A stretch of 64,000 nucleotides of DNA, taken from NCBI RefSeq assembly GCF_001194135.2, contig NC_068984.1, positions 125,953,726 to 126,017,725 on the forward strand, read 5' to 3'. The notes under the pieces were generated by a model, which was given only the letters and a program-made list of their open reading frames with translations, was not told where the DNA came from and searched no databases. Made by a program: the position numbers and the translations under genes. The DNA is from Octopus bimaculoides (lineage: Eukaryota). This document shows positions 25,135 through 37,756 of the stretch, one piece after another (within the stretch, counting starts at the first letter, position 1; every line of letters starts with the position of its first letter).

Positions 25135-26168
25135 GTAAGTACATGATAGTAAATTGGTTTTCATATTACAGTGCCCTGGGTCATGCTTTCAAGTCTTATT
25201 ACTGCTTTCCAAGTTCTAAGCTGCTTCTTGATTAACACTTAATATCTTAGATAAGTTTGTTGTTATTTAATTTTATAATTTTCTGGAAAATTGACCTCAT
25301 CATTTCAGCTTATATTTACAATAAATATACCTACACTATGTTTCTTTTGGTTCAGTTTCTGATTTTTATCAGGTGTCTTATTCTTAGATGAGTACAAAAA
25401 CCCTAACTGGATTCAAACTTTTATTTTTGCATGTGCCAGTGAATTAGTTAAAGGATTATACACATCCTGGAATGAAACATCTGATATCTATTTGAGATCA
25501 TAATGTAGCATAGATATGAATATTGTTCTAGAAATAATAGTTTTTTTTTTTTTGTGCTTCTATTGACAATACACAGATGGTATGGGTGAATGAATAATTT
25601 TTTATTTGACTCTAATGACTCATAGGTCTTCAGGTCAAAAACAATGCAAAGAAGTGCATTGTGACCAGTGGTGTATAACAACATCCAATAGTCTAGTCAG
25701 TACCATGATATTGTGATATTATATTTTACATTTAATCAGAATTAGAGTAAGTATATTTTTACAAACTCCTACTCCACAACGATAGAGAATAGATACCAAT
25801 TATAGATCCACTTTGCACACGGTGCTGGAACTAACCATTGTTTCTTGAAAATCCAGTTTCTGAGAGGACATTTATAACTTACGTTTACTGTTGTTAAATA
25901 TATTAAAAATTTATAGTTTTTTTTTTACCTTTTATTTTGTTCTTTGTTTTGTCTTTACTATATTTTTAACATATACACAGATGCATGTTGCTATGCGTGT
26001 ATGTATGTGTATATGTGTGTATGTATCTTCTTGCATACATGTTGTGCAGAGTCCAAATCCTCTGTAGTGTTCAGTATTTCTCTCAACAGTCCAGCAGTTA
26101 TAATCACATCGTTTGTATTTCTTTTCTCATTCTCCCTCTTTTTGCTGTCTCTCCTCCTTATCCATTAG

Positions 26169-26323
26169 CCTATGTGGAACATTACTTGGACAAGACTTTC
26201 TACAATCTAACCACTGTCACACTCCATGACTGGAAAACTTACAGCGAGATGAAAAACATGGCTGAAGAAAAGTATGGTGTATCATTGATTGAGTCTCACT
26301 TACCAAGTCAGACTTTGGAACAG
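26169..26323 (+). CDS. WASHC4: WASHC4 exon w13: [51 protein letters not shown]
   Basis: ccattag| and |gtaaga; 155 nt, phase 1->0; human [27 protein letters not shown]. Confidence 0.97.
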
Positions 26324-26833
26324 GTAAGATTATATGATTACCAACCTTTACTTTGTTAACCCTTATTGGTGAGGTCAATGTGAAATCATGCATGCTCACA
26401 TGCACAAACACATATACTCACATGCATACATACACTCTTATACATGCAATCACTCACACACATGCATACATACATTCTTATACATGCAAGCTCTCACACA
26501 CATGCATACTTATGTGTATGTATGAAAAATCTGCTAATCTTCCCCTCCTGATGAAAGAAGCCTGTATTACAATAATGTCTCTATGCATCCATATACTGGT
26601 TGCATATCCATGACTTTTTGCACATTCTATCTGCTAATTATGAACATTACAGCTATTACATAATTCTGAGCTCCCAGAAACTGCTGCTGAGTTAAAAAAA
26701 AACTATGCTTTCCCCCCTTAGTCGAATGTGTATATGAGTAAATGTATCGAACCTACTTCTTTTCTCATCCAGTTACACATATTGTCCTCCACTTCATCAC
26801 TGTTATAATGTTTCAACTGTTTCTTTTTTACAG

Positions 26834-26908
26834 GGTCTGGATGTTTTAGAAATAATGAGGAATATCCATGTATTTGTCTCCAAGTACCAATACAACTTAA
26901 ACAATCAG
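26834..26908 (+). CDS. WASHC4: WASHC4 exon w14: [25 protein letters not shown]
   Basis: tttacag| and |gtcagt; 75 nt; near-identical to human. Confidence 0.97.
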
Positions 26909-27339
26909 GTCAGTTGGTGCTTTATCTCTTCCACTTCCTCATATCTTTCCTTCTCTCTCTCTCTCTCTCTCTCTCTCGCCCATACACACACACACACACA
27001 TACAACTTAGCATGATAACATTGATGATCATGATGGTGCACGTTTTGAAGATTGTGTAGGCACACCTGTGGGAGGTGTAGTAGTTGTATTTGTTTACCTT
27101 CCAATCACACATGGTAATATTTTCCGTTTTAAATTAATTCATCATGGTTCCCTTTCTGAAGCAGTGTTTTACAGCCAGATGTCTTTCCTGTCACCAACCT
27201 TTTTAATTTTCTATTATTACATGCAGAAATACAGTGTACCTGTTCCAAAAACTGGAGAACACACAGATCCTATGTTAAGATATTATTTTGAACTGAGGCA
27301 TTTTATTGTATTTGTAGAATGAAATCTTCAGTTTCATGA

Positions 27340-27543
27340 TTAACTCTTTAGCAAATATTCTTCCTGTTTTATGTTTAAACCAGCCAGATTCAGCCTCTCA
27401 TACCTACCCTACAATGTCATTCCAAAAGAAAACAATCGCATCATTGAAATGTCAAAGCTACAAGATAATGCATGATTAATTCAAAACAATGTGAATAAAT
27501 AAGCATTATCTTTGATAGAGTAATCTAAATACTAAAAGGTTAA
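27340..27543. mobile_element. piggyBac-like MITE, sister of 13625-13834, ending 36 bp before exon w15
   Basis: ttaactctttagca..tactaaaaggttaa; interior is the reverse complement of the 13625 copy. Confidence 0.65.
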
Positions 27544-27579
27544 AACTCTTTTTTTCTTTTTTTCTTTTTTGTGTTACAG

Positions 27580-27684
27580 ATTTTCATTGAAGGCTCAAGC
27601 CACAACAAGCACTTGAACACAATCAATATACGACATATTGCAAACTCCATTAGGACACATGGTATTGGTATTATGAACACAACG
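27580..27684 (+). CDS. WASHC4: WASHC4 exon w15: [35 protein letters not shown]
   Basis: gttacag| and |gtgagt; 105 nt; human [27 protein letters not shown]. Confidence 0.97.
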
Positions 27685-28214
27685 GTGAGTAAACTGCCTT
27701 TGTCTTCTGTATTAGATAGAAGTTGAGGGAGAGAATAAAATTAGAATTTGGTTATTCAGAAGCATATAACCACTGGTCATAAACAGCATAAAAATATCAA
27801 CCTTACAAGCTGACAAAATCACAACTGATGAAACTGGATACCTTTCCTAACACCTACCACGTTACTGAGTACTGCAGGAAAACATTGGCTAGACAGGACT
27901 TTCTTGCTTATGTTTTATGAAAGGTGATATTTCCTTGGAAGGAAACATCACCTTTCAGTGTAATTTTCCTTTCCAGTTTTTTTTTTTTACTTTTTTAGCA
28001 TTCACAAGTCATTTCTGAAAGAACATTCCTCTTGTTGTATCTCCACTATTCAGTATTTCACATCTGATGTTCACAGTACCACACCTGACATCATATCAGA
28101 GTGTGCTGTATCTCTACTGTTCACTGTAAAACATCTCTCGGAGCTCTACAGTTCACTGTCTCACACCCGTGTTTACTGCTCAGTGTATCATATCTGTTGT
28201 ATGTCTCATGATGG

Positions 28215-28651
28215 CACCTATACCAGTGGAGCGCTAAGAGCACCGTACGAGCGTGATCGTTGCCAGAGCAGCTGTCTGGCTTCCGTGCCAGTGGCAATTA
28301 AAAAGCACCATTTGAGCGTGATCATTACCAGCGTTGCCTTACTGGCACGTGAAAAGACATTCGAGCGAGGTCATTGCCAGTGCCGCTGGACTGGCTCCTG
28401 TGCAGGTGGCACGTAAAATACACCATTTTGAGTGTGGCAGTTGCCAGTACCGCCTGACTGGCCTTCGTGCCGGTGACACGTAAAAGCACCCACTACACTC
28501 TCTGAGTGGTTGGCGTTAGGAAGGGCATCCAGCTGTAGAAACTCTGCCAGATCAGATTGGAGCCTGGTGTAGCCATCTGGTTCGCAAGTCCTCGGTCAAA
28601 TCGTCCAACCCATGCTAGCATGGAAAGCGGACGTTAAACGATGATGATGAT
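28215..28651 (+). mobile_element. RTE-family 3' UTR copy (long, several internal subrepeats)
   Basis: gtaaaagcacccactacactctc..ggaagggcatccagctgtagaaac..gttaaac(gat)n. Confidence 0.88.
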
Positions 28652-29082
28652 ATGATGTGTCTCAGTTGCATTTTTATTGTTAAGTATGTATCATCTGTTG
28701 TGTTTCTACTGTTCAGTATGTCACATCTCTTGTATCTCTAAAGTTCACTGTGCCTCTGCTATGTTTACTATACAGCGTATCACCTCTGTTATGTCTCTAA
28801 TGTTCACTGTTTCCCACTTATTGTATCTTTGCTGTTCATTGTGTCACACATTGTATCTCTACTATTCAGTATGTTGCATCTATAGTATCCCTTTGTTCAC
28901 TGTGTCACTCATGTTATATCTCTACTGTTCACTATGTCTCATATGTATGTTTACTGTATCACATCTATCATACATCTACAGTTCACTGTCTCACCTTTAT
29001 CTTCGCTGTTCAGTGTGTCACACATGTTGTGTCTTTAGTGTTCACTATCTCCTGCCTGTTTTATTATTACTGCTCTCTATGC

Positions 29083-29379
29083 CAGGGGTTTTCAAACTGT
29101 GGTCTGCAGACCACAGGGAGTCCGCAAGGACAAGACAAGGGGTCCGTGGACAGCAAATACTTTTTATGGGCAATTTGATTTTATATATGTTTTTCAATCG
29201 AAATCTTTTAATTGACAATAAACCTATTTGTTAAATACTGTTAAATAAATAAATGTGAAAATATATGTTATTTTAAGCAAATATTTATGTATAAATTTCA
29301 TAAGCATTTATAAAGGGGTCCCTAAGGTAAAGCCTGAAATATAAAGGGGTCTGCAAGTCAAAAAGTTTGAAAACCCCTG
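29083..29379. mobile_element. hAT (Buster/Charlie-type) MITE
   Basis: perfect 16-bp TIR caggggttttcaaact; 8-bp TSD ctctatgc. Confidence 0.93.
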
Positions 29380-29563
29380 CTCTATGCCACCCACTGTGCT
29401 CCAGTTATTCACTAAGCCACACTTACTGTATCACCACTATTTACTGTGCTACATTGGCTCAAGCTATTATTTATTTATGCCACACCTCTACTAGTTACCA
29501 TCTCACACCTGTATATTTAACATTCGCCATCGTATTTCTATTGTTTATTGTCATATTTTTCAG

Positions 29564-29653
29564 GTAAACTTCACATACCAGTTCCTACGTAAGAAGTTCT
29601 TCATATTCTCGCAGTTTATGTTTGATGAACACATCAAGTCACGACTGATAAAG
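29564..29653 (+). CDS. WASHC4: WASHC4 exon w16: [30 protein letters not shown]
   Basis: ttttcag| and |gtactt; 90 nt; near-identical to human. Confidence 0.97.
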
Positions 29654-29744
29654 GTACTTGATTTTTTTCATACATCTAAAGCACACACACACTCACATGT
29701 ACACACACACACACACACATACATACATGCATTTACATATTCAT

Positions 29745-30187
29745 AGGCAGTGGTGTGGCTGTGTAGTCAATAAGTTTGCTTAAACCATGTGGTCTCAGAT
29801 TCAATTCCACTGTATGTCACTTTAGGCTAATATCTTCTTCTATAGCCCTGGGCTGACCAAAGCCATGTGAGTAGATTTTGGCTGACAGAAACTGAAAGAA
29901 GCCTGTCATGTGTGTGTGTGCTATTGTGTGCATGTTTGTGTGTACCCTAGGCATCATGTGATTGTTGTATATAAGCATCGTCATCATACAAGCAATGCTA
30001 TTCATTTCCAATTTTCTGTAAAAACTCATCTGGCCATAGGCAAAATATTACCTTACCAGGAAACAAGCGAAAGTGAATGACAAGAAGGGCATCTGGCCAT
30101 TGCAAAATCTGCTTTAACTAATTCCGTCTGACCCATGCAAGCGTGGAAAAGGAAACATTAAATGGTGAGAATGAGAATGATGATGAT
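29745..30187 (+). mobile_element. SINE family B head with tail 2 (RTE-type 3' end)
   Basis: tRNA-like head, (TG)n, gtcatcatacaagcaatg..aagggcatc..ccatgcaagcgtggaaaa..(gat)n. Confidence 0.8.
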
Positions 30188-31630
30188 CTTCATACATACA
30201 TGTATTCTTTCTTTCCTTGGGCTTTCAGCTCCTGATGGAACTGTAGGATCACTGTCATAAGATGCAGTGTATCCTGAGTATCTTAAAACGGGTGAAGTCT
30301 ATCCTTCTCCATGTGTGAACATAGCCAATTTCTTCCAGAGAAAGAGAGAGAGAGAAGAACCAACTGTGGTACTAGACTGATACTTTATTTATCAACTTCA
30401 AAAGGAAAAACAGGCAAAGTTTATTGACAGGAAGAGCATTCATCTGTAAAACATTACCTCAATTGTAAGTCATCATCCAATCCATGCTAGCATGGAAAAT
30501 CAGATGCAAAACAAGAGAAAGAAATAGATAGATTGAAATGACAAAATATGCCATGGTAATTAAGCAAAATCATCCTTATTCATTTATTTATCATCATCAA
30601 CATCATCATCCGTCAACTTTTCCATGCTTCTATAGGTCATACAGAATTTGTTGAAGCAAATTTTTTATGGGCAGATACTTTCACAGACACTTTATAAGAC
30701 AGGCTTCTTTCAGTTTCCTATAGTTTATGGAATATATTAAATTCAAGAAAATAGAATCTGAAAAATACATTGTTGAGAATATAAATATTATTGAATAGAA
30801 TTCATGTTACCCTTCAGGACTAATTATTATCGTAATATTAAAAATCAAATGAGTAAATATAGAAATGTAATGTAATGGCCTCCTTCCATATGACTATTAT
30901 TGTTACCTGAAACCTCACAAATCAGAGATGAATTGTTTGATGTTTCCATGAAGTTATGTGTTAAAAAGAATCATGCAAAGTTTTCAGAATTTATATTTTG
31001 GATGTCTTGCATTAAAGAAATCTTACCTTGTTGCGAACTCAGTAGACATGACAGCCTTTCAGCTTCACATAAAATGAATGATCATGAATTAGAAAAAATT
31101 ATTTAATGGAGTAAGCTTTTGAAGTACAGCTAGTATCAATCTTAGTATAGTGTGAAGCATATGAGCTTGAGAAGATTTTCAAACTGACCATCCTTAGATG
31201 GTGTAGCTCTAAGTAAGAATTAATGCAGAGTAGAGTCAACTCTTCAGTCTTCTTGCATGAGATGACCTCTCTAGTGTTGGTGACATGTTAAAACATACAT
31301 AGTACATACTGTACGATATTCACAACAACTAATTTGGATGGATTTTTCTGTTGCAGGCTGATAAATAATGATCCATCTAATGCATTCCAGCACAGCAATA
31401 AATAATGCATGCCAGCACGGACATAAAATGATGATGATGATGATTCTATAAATGAGAGAGACACAGATAGAGAGAGGTTGAAATAAATTAAGATAGATAT
31501 GCACATCTTTACACATGCACATAATAAACCTTTGTTAACATGATAGATGTTATAGCATTGTACCCCTACAACAACATGCTTCTCCTATGCCCTCCCTGTT
31601 TTCTATCATTATACAATCATTCTATTGCAG

Positions 31631-31675
31631 GATTTGAAATTCTTCAAGGAACATCACATACACACTGACCAGAAG
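31631..31675 (+). CDS. WASHC4: WASHC4 exon w17: DLKFFKEHHIHTDQK
   Basis: attgcag| and |gtactg; 45 nt; human DIRFFREIKDQNDHK (15 codons). Confidence 0.9.
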
Positions 31676-33662
31676 GTACTGTAAACATTTTGTTATCTTT
31701 GAATGTAGGGACAATGGTGAGGGAAGGCATTATTAGCCAGTGGTTTACCGGGTAGCAGGAAGCCTCTCTAGTCAGTGCATATGCTTCTTTGATTTTATTC
31801 TGAGATGTAAGCCTCAGCCCAAAGCCTACTCAGATAGTAAGATTTTTCCACACTAGTGCAAAAATCTGAAGTGCCAATCTCTAACTGTGGAAGGAGTAGA
31901 CCCAGGAAGATGTGGGACAAAGTAGTAAGGAATTATCTTCAGATGTTGGGCCTCACAGAGGAGACGACAAGGGACCAAGACTCCTGGCTTTTTGCTTTAC
32001 TTGAGAAGACACACCAAGCTAAGTAATACTGTGGCCATCCATACATACAGATATGTCTTCTACATCCCTCTCTCAGCCAAGTGGTCCTTTCCTTGAGGCC
32101 TTGTGGGTGCTGGCATCACATAAAAGGTGCCCATGCCAGTGCCATTTAAAATGCCCATACTGGTTCCATATAAAAAGCACTCTGGGCAGCTTCCTAGCTG
32201 GATAGTTGCTATCAAACTGTCCAATCCACAGAAAGCGGGTATTAAATGATAGTGATGATGATGATGATTGAAGTAGGTGTGCATCATCTATTATGGTGCT
32301 AGGATGGTAATGTGGTGCTACCATTGTGATGGTATGGTGCTAAGGTTGCAATACACCTTTTGCTATCATTATTCTAGACATGGGGTCTCAGGCCTTAGGC
32401 TTTTGAGAGCAGCGTATACAATGGTAATGTGCTTCATTTAAACCATTTATGCGATGATGTATGTGTGTCTGTATGTCATAAAACGAATGAGGTGATATGT
32501 GGAGAATAGGGTCAAGAGTGAGTAGGAGTAAGAGAGTTGGAGAAGGTGAGGAAAGATTAAGATTAGAACTTGATATGACACAAATTTGACCTATCTGTGG
32601 ATATGTAATTGTCTGGTTTCATTTGTATTAATGTATGTGCACATGTAGTATGTGTATGTATGTGTATCAGAACTTGTATGTATTATATGCACTGATTTTG
32701 TGTGCACACATAGTGTATATATGTGTGTGTGTGTGTTGTTAATAATCACCAGAAGTTACAGAGTGACTCAAGGGTCGAGCATTTCATTGTTGGCACTTAT
32801 CAAGTTTGATAAGTGCCAACACTCTAAGCACTCTGTAATTCCTTATCCAATGTTTTATAAAAATACCGTCAATTGTGAGACATGTTTCCCATTGCATTAC
32901 TGAGACAAGTTACATGATATAAAGCCCTCACTTGTTTGTTTTCCTATCTTTTTCACCTTTGTACTATCCTCAACAAGCTGTGGTCTTCACATGTCCAGGA
33001 TCATTATTTTAAGTGCTTTAGTTGAACTCGTTGCTAAGGAAGTGTTGAATGTGCAGATTAAGCTATCCAGTTTATTTTAGCTTCTAATGGTGGTGCTTAT
33101 TGGTGGATATGTTTGGAGAGAGTGTACAGTTCCTGACAAAATTATGAACAGGCTTAAAATATGCACATACAGCTGTTCTTTCTTTTTCTGTCCCTGAACA
33201 CATTGTAAATAAAGACATATTGTTTACATTCATTGTAACATACAGTGTTGGCTAACAAACTTGTATATATGATATACAGTGCATTATAACAATTGATTTT
33301 TTTTTTTCCATTATGTAATGTGTGGGTTTGATCTGTGTTTAGTTTGTGATAAGGTGAAGTATACAGTAAGTTTTGGCTGCTATATCTAGCGGTTTGAATC
33401 TTAGGCTTCTTTGTAGATTTGGTGTCATATATTTACATTGCTTAATATAGAATATAATGGCTGTTGCATTTAATGTTCTTTGATGTTATTAGTTAGAAGG
33501 GAGATAGTGGACTTTGCAAATGTTACTTTAAGTTTCTGATTGTTGTGCCAAGTTTTTTAGATGGTTAATGTAAAGCTGGAGAAGTTAGTTACCTATCTTT
33601 TAAGAAATGTGGGTAAGTGCTTTATAGTTGATTAATAAGTTTATTTGTTTATCGCTATGCAG

Positions 33663-33771
33663 TATCCATATGACCGAGCTGAAAAATTCAACAAAGGGAT
33701 CCGCAAGCTAGGTTTGACTCCTGATGGCCAGAGCTATTTGGATCAGTTCCGTACCTTAATTACACAAATAG
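33663..33771 (+). CDS. WASHC4: WASHC4 exon w18: [37 protein letters not shown]
   Basis: tatgcag| and |gtaagt; 109 nt, phase 0->1; near-identical to human. Confidence 0.97.
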
Positions 33772-33841
33772 GTAAGTTACAATTCTACTTTCTCCTGTCC
33801 TGATATAAACTAGATGGTGAGCACCATATAGTAAGCAGTAA

Positions 33842-34170
33842 GGTCACAATGGCTCAGTGGTTAGAGTGTCAGGTTCACAATCACGAGGTAGTGAGTTTGA
33901 TTCCTGTACTGGACAGTGCATTATTTTCTTGAGCAAGACACTTTATTTCATGTTGCTCCAGTTCACTCAGCTGTAAAAATGAGTTGTGACATCACTGGTG
34001 CCAAGCTGTATTGCCTTTCCCTTGGACAACATCATGGAGAGAGGAGACTGGTATGCATGGGTGTCTAATGGTCGTCCATAAACAACCTTGCCCGGACTTG
34101 TACCCTGGAGGGGAACTTTCTAGGTGCAATCTCATTGTCATTCATGACTAAAGGAGGGTCTTTACCCTTG
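33842..34170 (+). mobile_element. tRNA-derived SINE with CORE-like central domain
   Basis: tggctcagtggttagag A-box, gtttgattcc B-box, ttgagcaagacactttatttc..cagctgtaaaaatgag; minus-strand relative at ~19645-19870. Confidence 0.7.
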
Positions 34171-34336
34171 AGGTCACAATGAATAGAATCTGTGAGTTTT
34201 ACTTCCCTTCCTGTTCGAATGAAGCCATTATTTCATTTCCCTTTCGATGCTAACGACCCTCTGAAGCTCATGAATATCACATCATCTTCTTGCACATCTA
34301 TCAGAAATCACTAAACCCTGAATCTCTTGTTTGCAG

Positions 34337-34490
34337 GCAACGCAATGGGTTACATCCGCATGATCCGGTCAGGTGGGTTGCATTGTTGCAGCAATGCAAT
34401 TCGGTTTATCCCAGACTTAGAAGATATTGAAAGTTTTGAAGAACTCTCTACCAAAGAAGGTCTCTCTGCAGAATGTCAACTGGCTGCAAA
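34337..34490 (+). CDS. WASHC4: WASHC4 exon w19: [52 protein letters not shown]
   Basis: tttgcag| and |gtaagt; 154 nt, phase 1->2; human [30 protein letters not shown]. Confidence 0.97.
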
Positions 34491-34629
34491 GTAAGTTTCT
34501 GGAACATTCTTTTTGATTTCATTTTTTGTTTTTTTGACACCTCTCTCTTGCAATGTCTTCTTGTTTTTTTGTTTTTTTTTCTTTCTAACTTTTGTTTGCA
34601 ATAAAGAATATCCTTTTTAACCATATTCA

Positions 34630-34927
34630 CATTGCCAGTACCGCCTGACTGGCCTTCGTGCGGGTGACACGTAAAAGCACCCACTACACTCTCTGAGTGG
34701 TTGGCGTTAAGAAGGGCATCCAGCTGTAGAAATTCTGCCAAATCAGATTGGAGGCTGATGTTGCCATCCGGTTNNNNNNNNNNAGGGCATCCAGCTGTAG
34801 AAATTCTGCCAAATCAGATTGGAGGCTGATGTTGCCATCCGGTTTCACCAGTCCTCAGTCAAATCGTCCAACCCATGCTAGCATGGAAAGCGGACGTTAA
34901 ACGACAATGATGATGATGATGATGATG
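34630..34927 (+). mobile_element. RTE-family 3' UTR copy (local duplication across a 10-N gap)
   Basis: same 3' UTR motifs and (GAT)n tail. Confidence 0.88.
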
Positions 34928-36372
34928 AATTCCAATTAAAATAATGTCTAAAAGTAGTAGAATTAACATTATTGTCAAGAATAAGATACAAATAAAAACC
35001 TAAAGGCTTAGGCTATGTTCAAAGAACAGTGCTTAAAATAATGATTATTATTTTATGATTATTAATTTTGCTGCCAGAGCCAAAAATATTTAGGGAAAGT
35101 GCAGTTGAATGCATTGAGTCATCCCCACTTGTTTCTTCCGTGTACATGATTGGTACTTTCTACTTTATTTTATTGATCCAGGAAGGATGGAAGGCAAAAT
35201 TGCAGAATTTGAACTAAGAATGTAAAGGATTATTACTAAATACTACTCCATGGCATGTTTTTGTCTGCCACTGTAAGGATTCTGTCATTCCATCTCCACT
35301 ACCACAATAATAGTGTTAATAATAAGGATTTCTAACTTTAGCATGAACTCATTATTGTGGCACAAGAGCATAACAGTTGCAGAAGGCCAAAACAATGGTG
35401 CTTCATCCCAAACACTAGGCTTTCTCTTCAGGTCCAGTTATATTTCTAAGCTTTGCCCAGTTCCTGGCAGTCTATAATTCCTGCTTCTGCTACACACACA
35501 AGTGTGACAAATCTAAAACAATAATATGGTGTAATGATTGTATTTTTGTATTTTTGAAGAAATTAAAATTGTCATATCCATATTGGAGGACATTTTGTTG
35601 AAAATTGTGAAGATCTGGCATGATGTACATAAAGTACATGTGGATGATGCTTGTGTGTATATATGAAATATTAAATTGTTATGATTTTATATTTGATTAT
35701 AAAAGATTGTTAGAAGGTAAAATAAATAGGTAAAATAAACAGCAGGGATATTTTACCATATGCAGAATGTGCTGGAGTTACTCAGAGGTTTTGCAAGCTC
35801 TTCTAAATCAATTGCAATGCTGGAAAACCTTCCATATTGTCTGCAGGTATCTCAGAGTCGCATCTTCAGTGGGGAATGAGGTCACATGCCAACCCTTGAT
35901 AAGGACCTTATCTATTAAGCTCTTATATTTCGATTTGTTTTCCACCAAGTATGTCCTTAATGTAGGTGATACATAAATGAATGTTCAGGTACACCAGTGT
36001 CGATAGAATATGGTTTTGTGAATGACACATCAACACATGCTGTAATGAAGAGATCTGACAGCAATTGTTGGAAAAGTGGTGGAAACCCTACGCCAGTACC
36101 TTAGCTGTAGAAGTTCCTGATAGCAGATATGTTATGCTATGGATAACAACAAAGTTTTCATAAATGAGAGACTACTGAAGTGTAACATAAGAGAGCAAGA
36201 ACGGCACAAGTTTCCAGTAGATATTTCTCAACAGAAACTATACAAATGGCCACTGAATAAAAGAATGAACAGAATGTGATGAGGAGGTAGATGTTAAAGA
36301 CTGTTCACATCTCTTTTGAGATTCAACAAATCTACTACAGCATGCTTATGAATTTTGTTTTCATCTCACCAG

Positions 36373-36436
36373 GAATCTGGATGCCGTTATAAATAACCTG
36401 TCTAAGAATTTTGCAGAGGGAACTGAATATTTCAAG
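36373..36436 (+). CDS. WASHC4: WASHC4 exon w20: NLDAVINNLSKNFAEGTEYFK
   Basis: tcaccag| and |gtaagt; 64 nt, phase 2->0; human AEGTEYFK. Confidence 0.95.
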
Positions 36437-36996
36437 GTAAGTTTTTTTCTTTAACCTTTTTCCCATGCAAAGCATTTTCATGAGATTGTCTTAAATGTCC
36501 AACATGTTTACAGGTTTTTAAGTAGTGTTTGTTTCATTCATTCTAAATAATATAAAGCTTCTTTTTTTTTTCATAAGTCCCAAGTTACTCTGGCAGTTGA
36601 AAAAAATTGGGAATGTGTACCATATATGATGCATGGATACCAGGGAAATATATCCTGTGTATCACATGTAATACACAGGGCTGATAAAAGGTTCAGAGGA
36701 GTGATATGTGTGTGTGTGTGTGTTAGTGTCTCCTTGTCTTGTTCATGTAATAGTTGTAAACAAGTGACACTGTCATACAGGCAATATCTTTTGTTTTCAA
36801 TCTTCCGTGGAAACATTTCTGGCCATGGGGAAACATACCTTGCTTCATAACAGGTGAGGGTTGTTGGCAGGGATGGCATGCAACCATAGAAAATCTGCCT
36901 CAATGAATTCACCCCGAGCCATGCAAGTGTGGAAAAGCTGATGTTAAACAGATGATGATGATATTCAATATGCCTAAACCATTCTCCATTCCACAG

Positions 36997-37080
36997 ATGC
37001 TGGTTGATGTGTTTGCACCAGAGTTTCGTAATCCAAAGAACATGCATCTCCGTAACTTCTATGTCATTCTGCCAGCATTG
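36997..37080 (+). CDS. WASHC4: WASHC4 exon w21: [28 protein letters not shown]
   Basis: tccacag| and |gtaagt; 84 nt; near-identical to human. Confidence 0.97.
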
Positions 37081-37364
37081 GTAAGTTAGCATTTATTTAT
37101 TCTTTCTGTATTTTTTTTAACCATTATTAATGACAACACAGTTTTAGGTGAGTCATTCTACTGTCAGCTCTACATCTTTATATCTTTATCCATTGTTGTT
37201 AACATTTTTAACGACAGCATAGTCTTAGATCAGTCTGTATACTGTCAAGTCCACACTGTTGCAAGGATTTGAGACAGGTCTCTGCTGGTCTTATGATATT
37301 TTCCTCCTTTCCCATCACTACTTTTGGAGTTCTTGTATGTATAAATCAAATGGTATACACCTGG

Positions 37365-37600
37365 TATGAGGGGGTGTTCATTAAAAATTTCCCCTGATAC
37401 AGTTCTGGTGATTGCATGAAATGGAACTTGTACAGGTATAATCCTACGTCACATTGTAAATTGCAGCTTCCACTAGTATTCGTTTGTCTTTTACGGCTGC
37501 TAAAATGGACTCAGGTGTTATAATGGAGGCAGTTGAATGCAAATCAGTGATCAGGTTCTTATATTTAAATGGTTGTACACCAAAAGAGACTTTGGATCTA
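37365..37600 (+). mobile_element. Mariner 5' fragment
   Basis: tatgagggggtgttca TIR-like start; MEAVECKSVIRFLYLNGCTPKET resembles a mariner N-terminal HTH. Confidence 0.6.
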
Positions 37601-37756
37601 GTAGTTTGGTTGCCAGTGTCAATTCTGTTCGAATTGATTTCATATTAAGTGTAATGATGCACCTTTATTGGCTAATGAATTACATGGAAATCATTTTTGC
37701 TATAAGTCAGTAAATAAATTAGCAATTAAAGTTTGAAAATTTGGGGTATTTTAGAC

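Larger units (their letters stand above)
27990..29520. repeat. Degenerate ~32-bp minisatellite interrupted by the RTE copy and the hAT MITE
   Basis: recurring ctgttcactgtgtcacatctgttgtatctcta-like unit. Confidence 0.7.
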
